Below are positions 1 to 11,509 of a DNA stretch of 64,000 nucleotides, one piece after another. Both the position numbers and the translations under genes were made by a program. Origin of the DNA: Nemertoderma westbladi (taxonomy: Eukaryota > Animalia > Xenacoelomorpha); the NCBI GenBank assembly GCA_032718475.1, contig JAUCBJ010005949.1, positions 1 through 64,000 on the forward strand, read 5' to 3'. Numbering within the stretch: position 1 is the first letter of the stretch; the number at the start of each line of letters is the position of its first letter. Under the pieces are notes generated by a model. That model was not told the DNA's origin and searched no databases. It saw nothing but the letters and a program-made list of their open reading frames with translations.

Positions 1-507
1 TGGTGGTCACGTTGTCAGCATATACAGTATACAGTGGTTGGTTGGTTGGTTGGTTGCGTGAATAGGAAATAACTATGGAAATGTTCGTATACGTGTAGCC
101 GGAAACGTGGTGGATTGGTAGGTTGCTCGGTTGAATGGATTGGTGACAGCCGTCGAAGAGTTGGCGATCGATTCGATATAATTGGGTAGTGTGGGGCTAG
201 CCACACGATGAGAGGTTTGGGTACGCTCGAAGATGAATATGCTATGGTTGGTTGATGCAACGACGCGAACCAATACGCGCGGGAGGTAACAGCTGTAGGA
301 GTAAGGAGGGCATCGTGAGGTTAGGCTACGCGTAGGTGATAGGCAACGATTGGCTGAAGGCAACGACGCGAATCAATATTGATGGTGACAGATGGTCATT
401 AAACACCTCGATTTAGCACCGGAATTTGGCATTTTTTAATTGCCTCCGAGATGTGGCCCGTAGCCCAGGCTAGGGAGGAGATAGCCGAGAACTATGCTTC
501 TCCTACT

Positions 508-3500
508 ACTTACAGGTGGTGTGGATGTACACGGGGATGGAGAAAGGGCAGGGAAGATTGCGTTACAGGGGTGGTGTGGCTGTACACGGGATGGAGAAAG
601 GGCAGGGAAGATTGCGTTACAGGGGTGGTGTGGCTGTACACAGGGATGGGGAAAGGGCAGGGAAGATTGCGTTACAGGTGGTGTGGATGTACACGGGATG
701 GAGAAAGGGCAGGGAAGATTCCGTTACAGGTGGTGTGGCTGTACACGGGACGGAGAAAGGGCAGGGAAGATTGCGTTACAGGTGGTATGGATGTACACGG
801 GATGGAGAAAGGGCAGGGAAGATTGCGTTACAGGTGGTGTGGCTGTACACGGGACGGAGAAAGGGCAGGGAAGATTGCGTTACAGGTGGTATGGATGTAC
901 ATGGGATGGAGAAAGGGCAGGGAAGATTGCGTTACAGGTGGTGTGGCTGTACACGGGGATGGAGAAAGGGCAGGGAAGATTGCGTTACAGGTGGTGTGGA
1001 TGTACACGGGATGGAGAAAGGGCAGGGAAGATTGCATTACAGGTGGTGTGGCTGTACACGGGATGGAGAAAGGGCAGGGAAGATTGCGTTACAGGTGGTG
1101 TGGCTGTACACGGGACGGAGAAAGGGCAGGGAAGATTGCGTTACAGGGGTGGTGTGGATGTACACGGGATGGAGAAAGGGCAGGGAAGATTACGTTACAG
1201 GTGGTGTGGCTGTACACGGGACGGAGAAAGGGCAGGGAAGATTGCGTTACAGGTGGTATGGATGTACACGGGATGGAGAAAGGGCAGGGAAGATTGCGTT
1301 ACAGGTGGTGTGGCTGTACACGGGGATGGAGAAAGGGCTGGGAAGATTGCGTTACCGGTGGTGTGGATGTACACGGGGATGGAGAAAGGGCAGGGAAGAT
1401 TGCGTTACAGGTGGTGTGGCTGTACACGGGGATGGAGAAAGGGCTGGGAAGATTGCGTTACAGGTGGTGTGGCTGTACACGGGGTTGGAGAAAGGGCAGG
1501 GAAGATTGCGTTAAGGTGGTGTGGCTGTACACGGGGATGGAGAAAGGGCAGGGAAGATTGCGTTACCGGTGGTGTGGATGTACACGGGGATGGAGAAAGG
1601 GCAGGGAAGATTGCGTTAAGGTGGTGTGGCTGTACACGGGGATGGAGAAAGGGCAGGGAAGATTGCGTTACCGGTGGTGTGGATGTACACGGGGATGGAG
1701 AAAGGGCAGGGAAGATTGCGTTACAGGTGGTGTGGCTGTACACGGGACGGAGAAAGGGCAGGGAAGATTGCGTTACAGGTGGTGTGGCTGTACACGGGGA
1801 TGGAGAAAGGGCAGGGAAGATTCCGTCACAGGGGTGGTGTGGATGTACACGGGATGGAGAAAGGGCAGGGAAGATTGCGTTACAGGTGGTGTGGCTGTAC
1901 ACGGAATGGAGAAAGGGCTGGGAAGATTCCGTTACAGGTGGTGTGGATGTACACGGGGTTGGAGAAAGGGCAGGGAAGATTCCGTCACAGGGGTGGTGTG
2001 GATGTACACGGGATGGAGAAAGGGCAGGGAAGATTGCGTTAAGGTGGTGTGGATGTACACGGGTTGGAGAAAGGGCAGGGAAGATTGCGTTACCGGTGGT
2101 GTGGATGTACACGGGGATGGAGAAAGGGCAGGGAAGATTGCGTTACCGGTGGTGTGGATGTACACGGGGATGGAGAAAGGGCAGGGAAGATTGCGTTACA
2201 GGTGGTGTGGCTGTACACGGGGATGGAGAAAGGGCAGGGAAGATTGCGTTAAGGTGGTGTGGATGTACACGGGATGGAGAAAGGGCAGGGAAGATTGCGT
2301 TACCGGTGGTGTGGATGTACACGGGGATGGAGAAAGGGCAGGGAAGATTGCGTTACAGGTGGTGTGGCTGTACACGGGTTGGAGAAAGGGCAGGGAAGAT
2401 TGCGTTACCGGTGGTGTGGATGTACACGGGGATGGAGAAAGGGCAGGGAAGATTGCGTTACCGGTGGTGTGGATGTACACGGGGATGGAGAAAGGGCAGG
2501 GAAGATTGCGTTACAGGTGGTGTGGATGTACACGGGGATGGAGAAAGGGCAGGGAAGATTGCGTTACCGGTGGTGTGGATGTACACGGGGATGGAGAAAG
2601 GGCAGGGAAGATTGCGTTACAGGTGGTGTGGATGTACACGGGATGGAGAAAGGGCAGGGAAGATTGCGTTAAGGTGGTGTGGCTGTACACGGGATGGAGA
2701 AAGGGCAGGGAAGATTGCGTTAAGGTGGTGTGGATGTACACGGGGTTGGAGAAAGGGCAGGGAAGATTGCGTTACCGGTGGTGTGGATGTACACGGGGAT
2801 GGAGAAAGGGCAGGGAAGATTGCGTTAAGGTGGTGTGGATGTACACGGGATGGAGAAAGGGCAGGGAAGATTGCGTTAAGGTGGTGTGGATGTACACGGG
2901 GTTGGAGAAAGGGCAGGGAAGATTGCGTTACCGGTGGTGTGGATGTACACGGGGATGGAGAAAGGGCAGGGAAGATTGCGTTAAGGTGGTGTGGATGTAC
3001 ACGGGTTGGAGAAAGGGCAGGGAAGATTGCGTTACCGGTGGTGTGGATGTACACGGGGATGGAGAAAGGGCAGGGAAGATTGCGTTACCGGTGGTGTGGA
3101 TGTACACGGGGATGGAGAAAGGGCAGGGAAGATTGCGTTAAGGTGGTGTGGATGTACACGGGTTGGAGAAAGGGCAGGGAAGATTCCGTCACAGGGGTGG
3201 TGTGGATGTACACGGGATGGAGAAAGGGCAGGGAAGATTGCGTTACAGGTGGTGTGGCTGTACACGGGGATGGAGAAAGGGCAGGGAAGATTGCGTTACA
3301 GGTGGTGTGGAAGTACACGGGATGGAGAAAGGGCAGGGGAGTTTGCGTTACAGGTGGTGTGGATGTACACGGGATGGAGAAAGGGCAGGGAAGATTGCGT
3401 TACAGGGGTGGTGTGGATGTACACGGGACGGAGAAAGGGCAGGGAAGATTCCGTTACCGGTGGTGTGGCTGTACACGGGGATGGAGAAAGGGCAGGGAAG

Positions 3501-5622
3501 ATTGCGTTACAGGTGGTGTGGAAGTACACGGGACGGAGAAAGGGCAGGGAAGATTCCGTTACCGGTGGTGTGGCTGTACACGGGGATGGAGAAAGGGCAG
3601 GGAAGATTGCGTTACAGGTGGTGTGGAAGTACACGGGATGGAGAAAGGGCAGGGAAGATTGCGTTACAGGTGGTGTGGCTGTACACGGGGATGGAGAAAG
3701 GGCAGGGAAGATTGCGTTACAGGTGGTGTGGATGTACACGGGATGGAGAAAGGGCAGGGAAGATTCCGTTACAGGTGGTGTGGAAGTACACGGGACGGAG
3801 AAAGGGCAGGGAAGATTCCGTTACAGGTGGTGTGGATGTACACGGGATGGAGAAAGGGCAGGGAAGATTGCGTTACAGGTGGTGTGGCTGTACACGGGGA
3901 TGGGGAAAGGGCAGGGAAGATTGCGTTACAGGTGGTGTGGATGTACACGGGATGGAGAAAGGGCAGGGAAGATTCCGTTACAGGTGGTGTGGAAGTACAC
4001 GGGACGGAGAAAGGGCAGGGAAGATTCCGTTACAGGTGGTGTGGATGTACACGGGATGGAGAAAGGGCAGGGAAGATTGCGTTACAGGTGGTGTGGATGT
4101 ACACGGGATGGAGAAAGGGCAGGGAAGATTGCGTTACAGGTGGTGTGGAAGTACACGGGACGGAGAAAGGGCAGGGAAGATTGCGTTACAGGTGGTGTGG
4201 ATGTACACGGGATGGAGAAAGGGCAGGGAAGATTGCGTTACATGTGGTGTGGATGTACACGGGGATGGAGAAATGGCAGGGAAGATTGCGTTACAGGGGT
4301 GGTGTGGCTGTACACGGGATGGAGAAAGGGCAGGGAAGATTGCGTTACAGGGGTGGTGTGGCTGTACACGGGGATGGGGAAAGGGCAGGGAAGATTGCGT
4401 TACAGGTGGTGTGGATGTACACGGGATGGATAAAGGGCAGGGAAGATTCCGTTACAGGTGGTGTGGAAGTACACGGGACGGAGAAAGGGCAGGGAAGATT
4501 CCGTTACAGGTGGTGTGGATGTACACGGGATGGAGAAAGGGCAGGGAAGATTGCGTTACAGGTGGTGTGGATGTACACGGGATGGAGAAAGGGCAGGGAA
4601 GATTGCGTTACAGGTGGTGTGGATGTACACGGGATGGAGAAAGGGCAGGGAAGATTGCGTTACAGGTGGTGTGGATGTACACGGGGATGGAAAAAGGGCA
4701 GGGAAGATTGCGTTACAGAGGTGGTGTGGATGTACACGGGGACGGTGAAAGGGCAGGGAAGATTGCGTTACAGGTGGTGTGGATGTACACGGGATGGAGA
4801 AAGGGCAGGGAAGATTGCGTTACAGGTGGTGTGGATGTACACGGGATGGAGAAAGGGCAGGGAAGATTGCGTTACAGGTGGTGTGGATGTACACGGGTTG
4901 GAGAAAGGGCAGGGAAGATTGCGTTACAGGTGGTGTGGATGTACACGGGATGGGGAAAGGGCAGGGAAGATTGCGTTACAGGTGGTGTGGATGTACACGG
5001 GATGGGGAAAGGGCAGGGAAGATTGCGTTACAGGTGGTGTGGATGTACACGGGGATGGAGAAAGGGCAGGGAAGATTGCGTTACAGGTGGTGTGGATGTA
5101 CACGGGATGGGGAAAGGGCAGGGAAGATTGCGTTACAGGTGGTGTGGATGTACACGGGATGGAGAAAGGGCAGGGAAGATTGCGTTACAGGTGGTGTGGA
5201 TGTACACGGGTTGGAGAAAGGGCAGGGAAGATTGCGTTAAGGTGGTGTGGATGTACACGGGATGGGGAAAGGGCAGGGAAGATTGCGTTACAGGGGTGGT
5301 GTGGCTGTACACGGGATGGAGAAAGGGTAGGGAAGATTGCGTTACAGGTGGTGTGGATGTACACGGGATGGAGAAAGGGCAGGGAAGATTCCGTTACAGG
5401 TGGTGTGGCTGTACACGGGGATGGGGAAAGGGCAGGGAAGATTGCGTTACAGGTGGTGTGGCTGTACACGGGATGGAGAAAGGGCAGGGAAGATTGCGTT
5501 ACAGGTGGTGTGGCTGTACACGGGATGGAGAAAGGGCAGGGAAGATTGCGTTACAGGTGGTGTGGATGTACACGGGATGGAGAAAGGGCAGGGAAGATTG
5601 CGTTACAGGGGTGGTGTGGAGT
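508..5622 (+). repeat. G-rich minisatellite, ~52-bp unit (51-54 bp variants), roughly 95-100 copies
   Basis: Tandem unit TTACAGGTGGTGTGGATGTACACGGGATGGAGAAAGGGCAGGGAAGATTGCG; length variants arise from G-run indels and TTAAGG. Confidence 0.97.
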
Positions 5623-6051
5623 GGATGTATACGGTACATAAAATCATAAATCAAATTGCCAATAATTTTTCGCAATAAATGTTAAGAAATCGACCGGGCT
5701 CGAGTCTAGCTTAAAAGTTAAAAGATTCACGAAGTCGTTATACAATAAAAATATCCCATCCATTGGCATTGCGAGATTTTCAGTTTTCTCCGTTCTGATA
5801 TTAGAGCCATATTGCCAAAATATGTGGTACCGGTATCTTATATATTATAAACGCGATCGCGAGATATAAATTCAACCATTTCAATATATTTCTAGCTCTG
5901 ATTTTCATTTTAAAATGATGGAATGGGACACGACACCATCTGACCATGATAGACTCTATTTAGTACTTTCATCATTAGCTGATAATTCTTTGCAGAAACA
6001 GGAACTTCGTCGACGGAAACTCCCAAATGGATTGGGTTCGCCATTAAAACA

Positions 6052-6287
6052 AAACCACCCGATTATCGCCCCTAAACAAACCGTAGTGAGGGTAGCTGGG
6101 AGTACGGCTACCGGTACGGTGCCTACAGCTAGCAGTACAACGGAGACCAACGGAAGGGAACAGGTCTGTAAACCACCCGATTATCGCCCCTAAACAAACC
6201 GTAGTGAGGGTAGCTGGGAGTACGGCTACCGGTACGGTGCCTACAGCTAGCAGTACAACGGAGACCAACGGAAGGGAACAGGTCTGT
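6052..6287. repeat. Perfect 118-bp tandem duplication
   Basis: AAACCACCCGATTATCG...GAACAGGTCTGT occurs at 6052-6169 and again at 6170-6287. Confidence 0.93.
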
Positions 6288-6467
6288 TATCATGGTCCTT
6301 TGGTCGGAAGGTGCTGACTGCTGATACAATAGTTTTATTTCTAGTTACAGATGATTAATTACCAGCAAAATTTAACTTAATTAATTAAAATTTAATTTTG
6401 ACTGGTTTATTATGTTCATTAGAATTACATCTCACTCCAACATGCTCCTTTCTCCTAACGACTCCAA

Positions 6468-8027
6468 GTCAGGACCTATTGACTCAGGACCTAATGACTC
6501 AGGACCTAATGACTCAGGACCTAATGACTCAGGATCTAATGACTCAGGACCTAATGATACTCAGGACATAATGACTCAGTACCTAATGACTCAGAACCTA
6601 ATGACTCAGAACCTAATGACTCAGAATCTAATGACTCAATACCTAATGACTCAGGACCTAACGACTCAGCACCTAATGACTCAGGAACTAATGACTCAGA
6701 ACCTAATGACTCAGGACCTAATGACTCGGTACCTGACTCAGGACCTAATGACTCAGTACCTAATGACTCAGTACCTAATGACTCAGTACCTAATGACTCA
6801 GAACCTAATGACTCAATACGTAATGACTCAGGACCTAATGACTCAGGACCTAATGACTCAGGACCTAATGACTCAGGACCTAATGACTCAGGATCTAATG
6901 ACTCAGAACCAAGTGACTCAGGACCTAATGACTCAGTACCTGACTCAGGACCTAATAATTGAGGGCCTAATGACTCGGATCTACTAATTCAGGGCCTAAT
7001 TACTCAGTACCTGACCCAGGGCCTATTGACTCAGAAGCTAATTACTCAGTACCTAATGACTCAGAACCTAATGACTCAGAACCTAATGATTCAGAACCTA
7101 GTGACTCAGAACCTAATGACTCAGTACCTAATGACTCAGAAGCTAATTACTCAGTACCTAATGACTCAGGAACCTAATGACTCAGGCCCTAATGACTCAG
7201 AACCTAGTGACTCAGAACCTAATGACTCAGTACCTACTGACTCAGAAGCTAATTACTCAGTACCTAATGACTCAGAACCTAATGACTCAGGCCCTAATGA
7301 CTCAGAACCTTGTGACTCAGAACCTAATGACTCAGTACCTAATGACTCAGAACCTAATCACTCAGGACCTAATGACTCAGAACCCAATGACTCAGAACCT
7401 AATGACTCAGAACCTAATGACTCAGTACCTAATGACTCAGAACCTAATGACTCAGGACCAACATGACCTATTGAAATGACTCAGTACCTAATGACTCAGA
7501 ACCTAATGACTCAGGACCAACATGACCTATTGAAATGACTCAGTACCCAATGACTCAGAACCTTGTGACTCAGTACCTAATGACTCAGGACCTAGTGACT
7601 CAGAACCTACAGGACCTACTCAGAACCTAATAACTCAGGGCCTAATGACTCAGGATCTAAAGTCTGAGTACCTATTGACTCAGAACCTAATGACTCAGGA
7701 CCAACATGACCTATTGAAATGACTCAGTACCCAATGACTCAGAACCTTGTGACTCAGTACCTAATGACTCAGGACCTAGTGACTCAGAACCTAATGACTC
7801 AGAACCTAATGACTCAGGACCTACTCAGAACCTAATAACTCAGGGCCTAATGACTCAGGATCTAAAGTCTGAGTACCTAATGACTCAGAACCTAATGACT
7901 CAGTACCCAATGACTCAGACCTTGTGACTCAGTACCTAATGACTCAGGACCTAGTGACTCAGAAAGTCAGAACCTAATGACTCAGAACATAATAAATTAG
8001 GACCTACTCAGGACCTAGTGACTCAGG
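6468..8027 (+). repeat. 15-bp minisatellite (AATGACTCAGDACCT), ~100 units
   Basis: Tandem GACTCAG(G/A/T)ACCTAAT; degenerate towards the right end, with larger sub-blocks repeated. Confidence 0.96.
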
Positions 8028-8625
8028 GTTCAATATAAGACTGAAGGCTAACTGCAGTACGACTGGTGAAATATCACTGGAGACACTTTTTTCAAACTCT
8101 TGTAGCTAAAGAATGAAAGCAAATATATGAATTCTGACTCACCCAGCAAGGAGGTGGGAGGTGAAACTGTCGCTGTTTCAACATGTATGTATATCATTAT
8201 TTTTGTATTTCGGTATGCTAGTTTTTTGTTTATTTAGGGGTCGTCCTCACAAAAAGTGGCCACACTTTTATGTCAAAATGGCCATATGCATTCGCACGAA
8301 TATATTTCCAAACGACACAGATTTAACTCCATGACCCTATATACCAATCGGAAGAGCGGAAATCTGCTCATATTCCAGCAAATTTTCAACAGATTCCATT
8401 ATCAACCTAGAGAATGACACCATTTCATTGAAATGTCACATTGAATTATTTTTAAATATTTGGCTTCTGAGCTAAAGTAATGAATGCAAAGGTTCCACAT
8501 ACCATACATCAAAATATAACAAATTTAATGCTCTTTCACATACTATTGGTGGTTTTCAACCGAAGCTACTCACATTTTATATATTTACTATTTACTAACA
8601 ATTAGTTACGCCGTCACTACGACTT

Positions 8626-8962
8626 TGTCCACAATGTAACGCTCGTTTTCATGACATGGTTTTTTTATATTTATTCACAACATCTCCAAGTGAGATAGAA
8701 TTATACGAATTCGTTCATTAGAACTCGAGCGTTGTGTGAAAACGTAAATCTACATAAAATACCGTCATTAGGAATGTCCTCAATGTAACGCTACTTTGAA
8801 TAGCGATAACTTTTGCCTTAGTAATCATATCGTCTCCATTGAGGGCTCATATGAAAGTCAACGCCATGCTAATGAAAAATGTCTACAATGTCCATCATGT
8901 AACGCATGTAACTCTGTCACAATCAATAGCGTTACACTTGAGACATGTCCACCATGTAACGC
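8626..8962. repeat. Dispersed TGTCC-N4-TGTAACGC motifs, including an inverted pair (subterminal-repeat-like)
   Basis: Copies at about 8626, 8775, 8889 and 8946; inverted GCGTTACA at 8929. Confidence 0.6.
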
Positions 8963-9574
8963 AGTCGGGCCTGAAAATACCTAGCAGTGCAAGTGGCGTT
9001 TCTTTTTACAAATTAGGCAGTCAGAGTCAAATTAACAGTAGTCGATGGTTTCGGTTTTTCAGTGGTTGTAGTAGTAATATTATCTGTTGTAGTCTGTATT
9101 ACTTAGTACTACCTAAAGGGTTTAGGAAAAGCTCATGAGTTTGTTTACCTTTCTTTATTTCGGTTCTAAAACAGTACTTATTAATCGTCATGCAATTACA
9201 ATTGTCAAACGGAATTAAGCGTGTTGTGTCTGGTAAGAACTTCTCGATTGAAGTTAGTGATGGCATTACACGTGAAGGACTTAGAGATTAAGTTAGTGAT
9301 GGCATTACACGTGAAGGACTTAGAGATTAAGTTAGTGATGGCGTTACACGTGAAGGACTTAGAGTTAAGTTAGTGATGGCATTACACGTGAAGGACTTAG
9401 ATATTAAGTTAGTGATGGCGTTACACGTGAAGGACTTAGAGATTAAGTTAGTGATGGCGTTACACGTGAATGACTTAGAGATTAAGTTAGTGATGGCGTT
9501 ACACGTGAAGGACTTAGATATTAAGTTAGTGATGGCGTTACACGTGAAGGACTTAGAGATTAAGTTAGTGATGG

Positions 9575-11467
9575 ATGGCGTTACACGTGAAGGTTAAGCA
9601 CGAAGGTGCAGTTAAGGCTGCATCTAGGTCCCTGAACAGGCAGTACTCTGTTAATCTACAGGAGCTAATAAACCAACAGGTTGATGCCATCAATGATGCT
9701 GACGACAGCAGGCAATCATCCCAGGCATGGAAATCAATCAATCTGCTTACTGGGCGGAAAAGCCAACCAACCACCAAGGTTAAGGCTGAATCACCAGCCG
9801 ATCGCCTCAATGGTTGGAAAGCCCACTTTGAAAAGCTCCTCAATAATGACAGGGTATTGCCTGATAACTTTATAGAAGTAAAAGTGTCTGAGTCTGTACT
9901 CCCAGATATTCCCATTGGCGATATCTCCTTTGCAGAAGTGAAGGCTGCTGCAAAGAGCATTAAGACCAATCGTGCCAGTGGAGTAGATGGTGTTCCCCCC
10001 GAGGTCTTTAAAATACCTGAGTGTTTAAAGCTCATCTATCCCATCATAGTAGACATGTACCGAACAACAAGAGTCCCACAAGAAATGAAAACAAATAAGT
10101 TGGTGCCAGTTCCCAAGAAGGGCAACCTAACACTCTATGGTTCTTTTCGGGGAATCTCATTGATCTCGATTGCTGCAAAGCTATACAATAGGATTCTATT
10201 AAATCGCATCAGGGATCACATTGAGAGACTGCTCCGTGGAAATCAGAATGGGTTCCGTAAAGGTCGTGGGACCATGGAGCCCATTTTGGCACTTAGAAGG
10301 ATAATTGAAGAATTATCAAAAAAGAAAGACAGGCATCTGGCTGTTATCTTTGTTGACTTCTTCAAGGCCTTTGATTCAGTCTCTCGCTCACGTATGTTCA
10401 GCATACTTTCATTATATGGGATTCCTGATGAAATTATTGCAGCAATCAGATCAGTATACGATGGTTCGACAACATTTGTGTCTACTGTTGACGGTGACAC
10501 AGAACCATTTGAAGTGTTATGGGGCGTCCTCCAAGGAGACACACTTGCACCATTCTTGTTCATTATTGTGGTTGACTATGTTCTACGCATGTCCTTAGAT
10601 CATCATAATGATGATGGGGTGATGATAACTCCACCTACTGGCTCCAGAAGTCGAGGAAATCCTGCCAAGTACCTAACTGATCTAGACTTTGCTGATGACT
10701 TAGGAGTACTCTCAGAATCATTAGAGGGAGCCCAACGGCTCCTCAGCTCATTAGAACATGCTGCTTCTAGTGTTGGTCTTTTTATTAACTCCAGAAAGAC
10801 CAAAATTCTGACTGTTAACTTTGAAAGTCCTCAGCAAGTCTCTGATTGGATGAGCATAAGCTCAAAGGATGGTATGCTTGAGCATGTGGACGACTTCTGT
10901 TACCTGGGATCATGGATCCGGAAGTCAGGTGAGGACCTTCGAATACGTAAGGGAAAGGCATGGACAGCCTTGAATAGGCTTTCCAGGATTTGGAAATCAC
11001 CGAGAATTAATCGGAAACTTAAGGTCCGATTATTTAGAGCAGCAGTAGTTCCAGTACTCCTCTACGGGAGTCCATGCTGGGCTCTAACTGCTGAGGACAC
11101 CAAATCTCTGGATGGCACATTCACAAGAATGCTACGCCGGGTTCATTGTGTCAAGTACAATGCACACATCTCCAACCAGACACTATATAACATTGGAGGT
11201 GTCTCATTGGTTCCCCCAAGCTTGACACTAGAACAAAATCGCCTCCGCTTTGCAGGACATTGCTTTCGCCGTGAGGACCAGCCAGTGCATAATCTTGTAC
11301 TTTGGCAGCCTCATGGAGTGAATAAGCATGGTGGACAGCCCATGACTTTCTTGAGACGCATCTTAAAGGACACTGGCCTTAAAGATGCGGATGATCTAGC
11401 AAATGTCATGGGTGATAGGGAGTTGTGGCGGTGCAATTTTGTTGACAAGCCGGCACAGCATTCTTAA
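9575..11467 (+). CDS. RTE-type reverse transcriptase, 630-aa ORF with no endonuclease domain; the first 6 codons come from the satellite
   Basis: Motifs ASGVDGVP, FRGISL, QNGFRKGR, FVDFFKAFDSV, GVLQGDTLAPFLF, LDFADD, FCYLGSWI, RLRFAGHC. Confidence 0.85.
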   Translation: MALHVKVKHEGAVKAASRSLNRQYSVNLQELINQQVDAINDADDSRQSSQAWKSINLLTGRKSQPTTKVKAESPADRLNGWKAHFEKLLNNDRVLPDNFIEVKVSESVLPDIPIGDISFAEVKAAAKSIKTNRASGVDGVPPEVFKIPECLKLIYPIIVDMYRTTRVPQEMKTNKLVPVPKKGNLTLYGSFRGISLISIAAKLYNRILLNRIRDHIERLLRGNQNGFRKGRGTMEPILALRRIIEELSKKKDRHLAVIFVDFFKAFDSVSRSRMFSILSLYGIPDEIIAAIRSVYDGSTTFVSTVDGDTEPFEVLWGVLQGDTLAPFLFIIVVDYVLRMSLDHHNDDGVMITPPTGSRSRGNPAKYLTDLDFADDLGVLSESLEGAQRLLSSLEHAASSVGLFINSRKTKILTVNFESPQQVSDWMSISSKDGMLEHVDDFCYLGSWIRKSGEDLRIRKGKAWTALNRLSRIWKSPRINRKLKVRLFRAAVVPVLLYGSPCWALTAEDTKSLDGTFTRMLRRVHCVKYNAHISNQTLYNIGGVSLVPPSLTLEQNRLRFAGHCFRREDQPVHNLVLWQPHGVNKHGGQPMTFLRRILKDTGLKDADDLANVMGDRELWRCNFVDKPAQHS

Positions 11468-11509
11468 AAATGCAGCTGCAATGCAGCATGCCGATCCTAG
11501 TAGTAGTAG
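9594..11509 (+). mobile_element. 5'-truncated RTE-clade non-LTR retrotransposon with (TAG)n tail and 12-bp TSD
   Basis: TACACGTGAAGG flanks both sides (9582-9593 and 11510-11521); (TAG)4 tail at 11498-11509; RT motifs are present. Confidence 0.9.

Noticed and set aside
451-5678. ORFs of 800-1700 aa in all + frames
   Set aside because: They are translations of the stop-free 52-bp unit; frames shuffle at every indel, so there is no coding constraint.
5915-6193. 92-aa ORF as a host gene
   Set aside because: No recognisable motif; it runs through the 118-bp duplication and there is no splice or promoter support.
6412-7479. Pentapeptide-repeat-like ORFs (MTQNL/DSGPN)
   Set aside because: Translations of the 15-bp minisatellite with frame switches.
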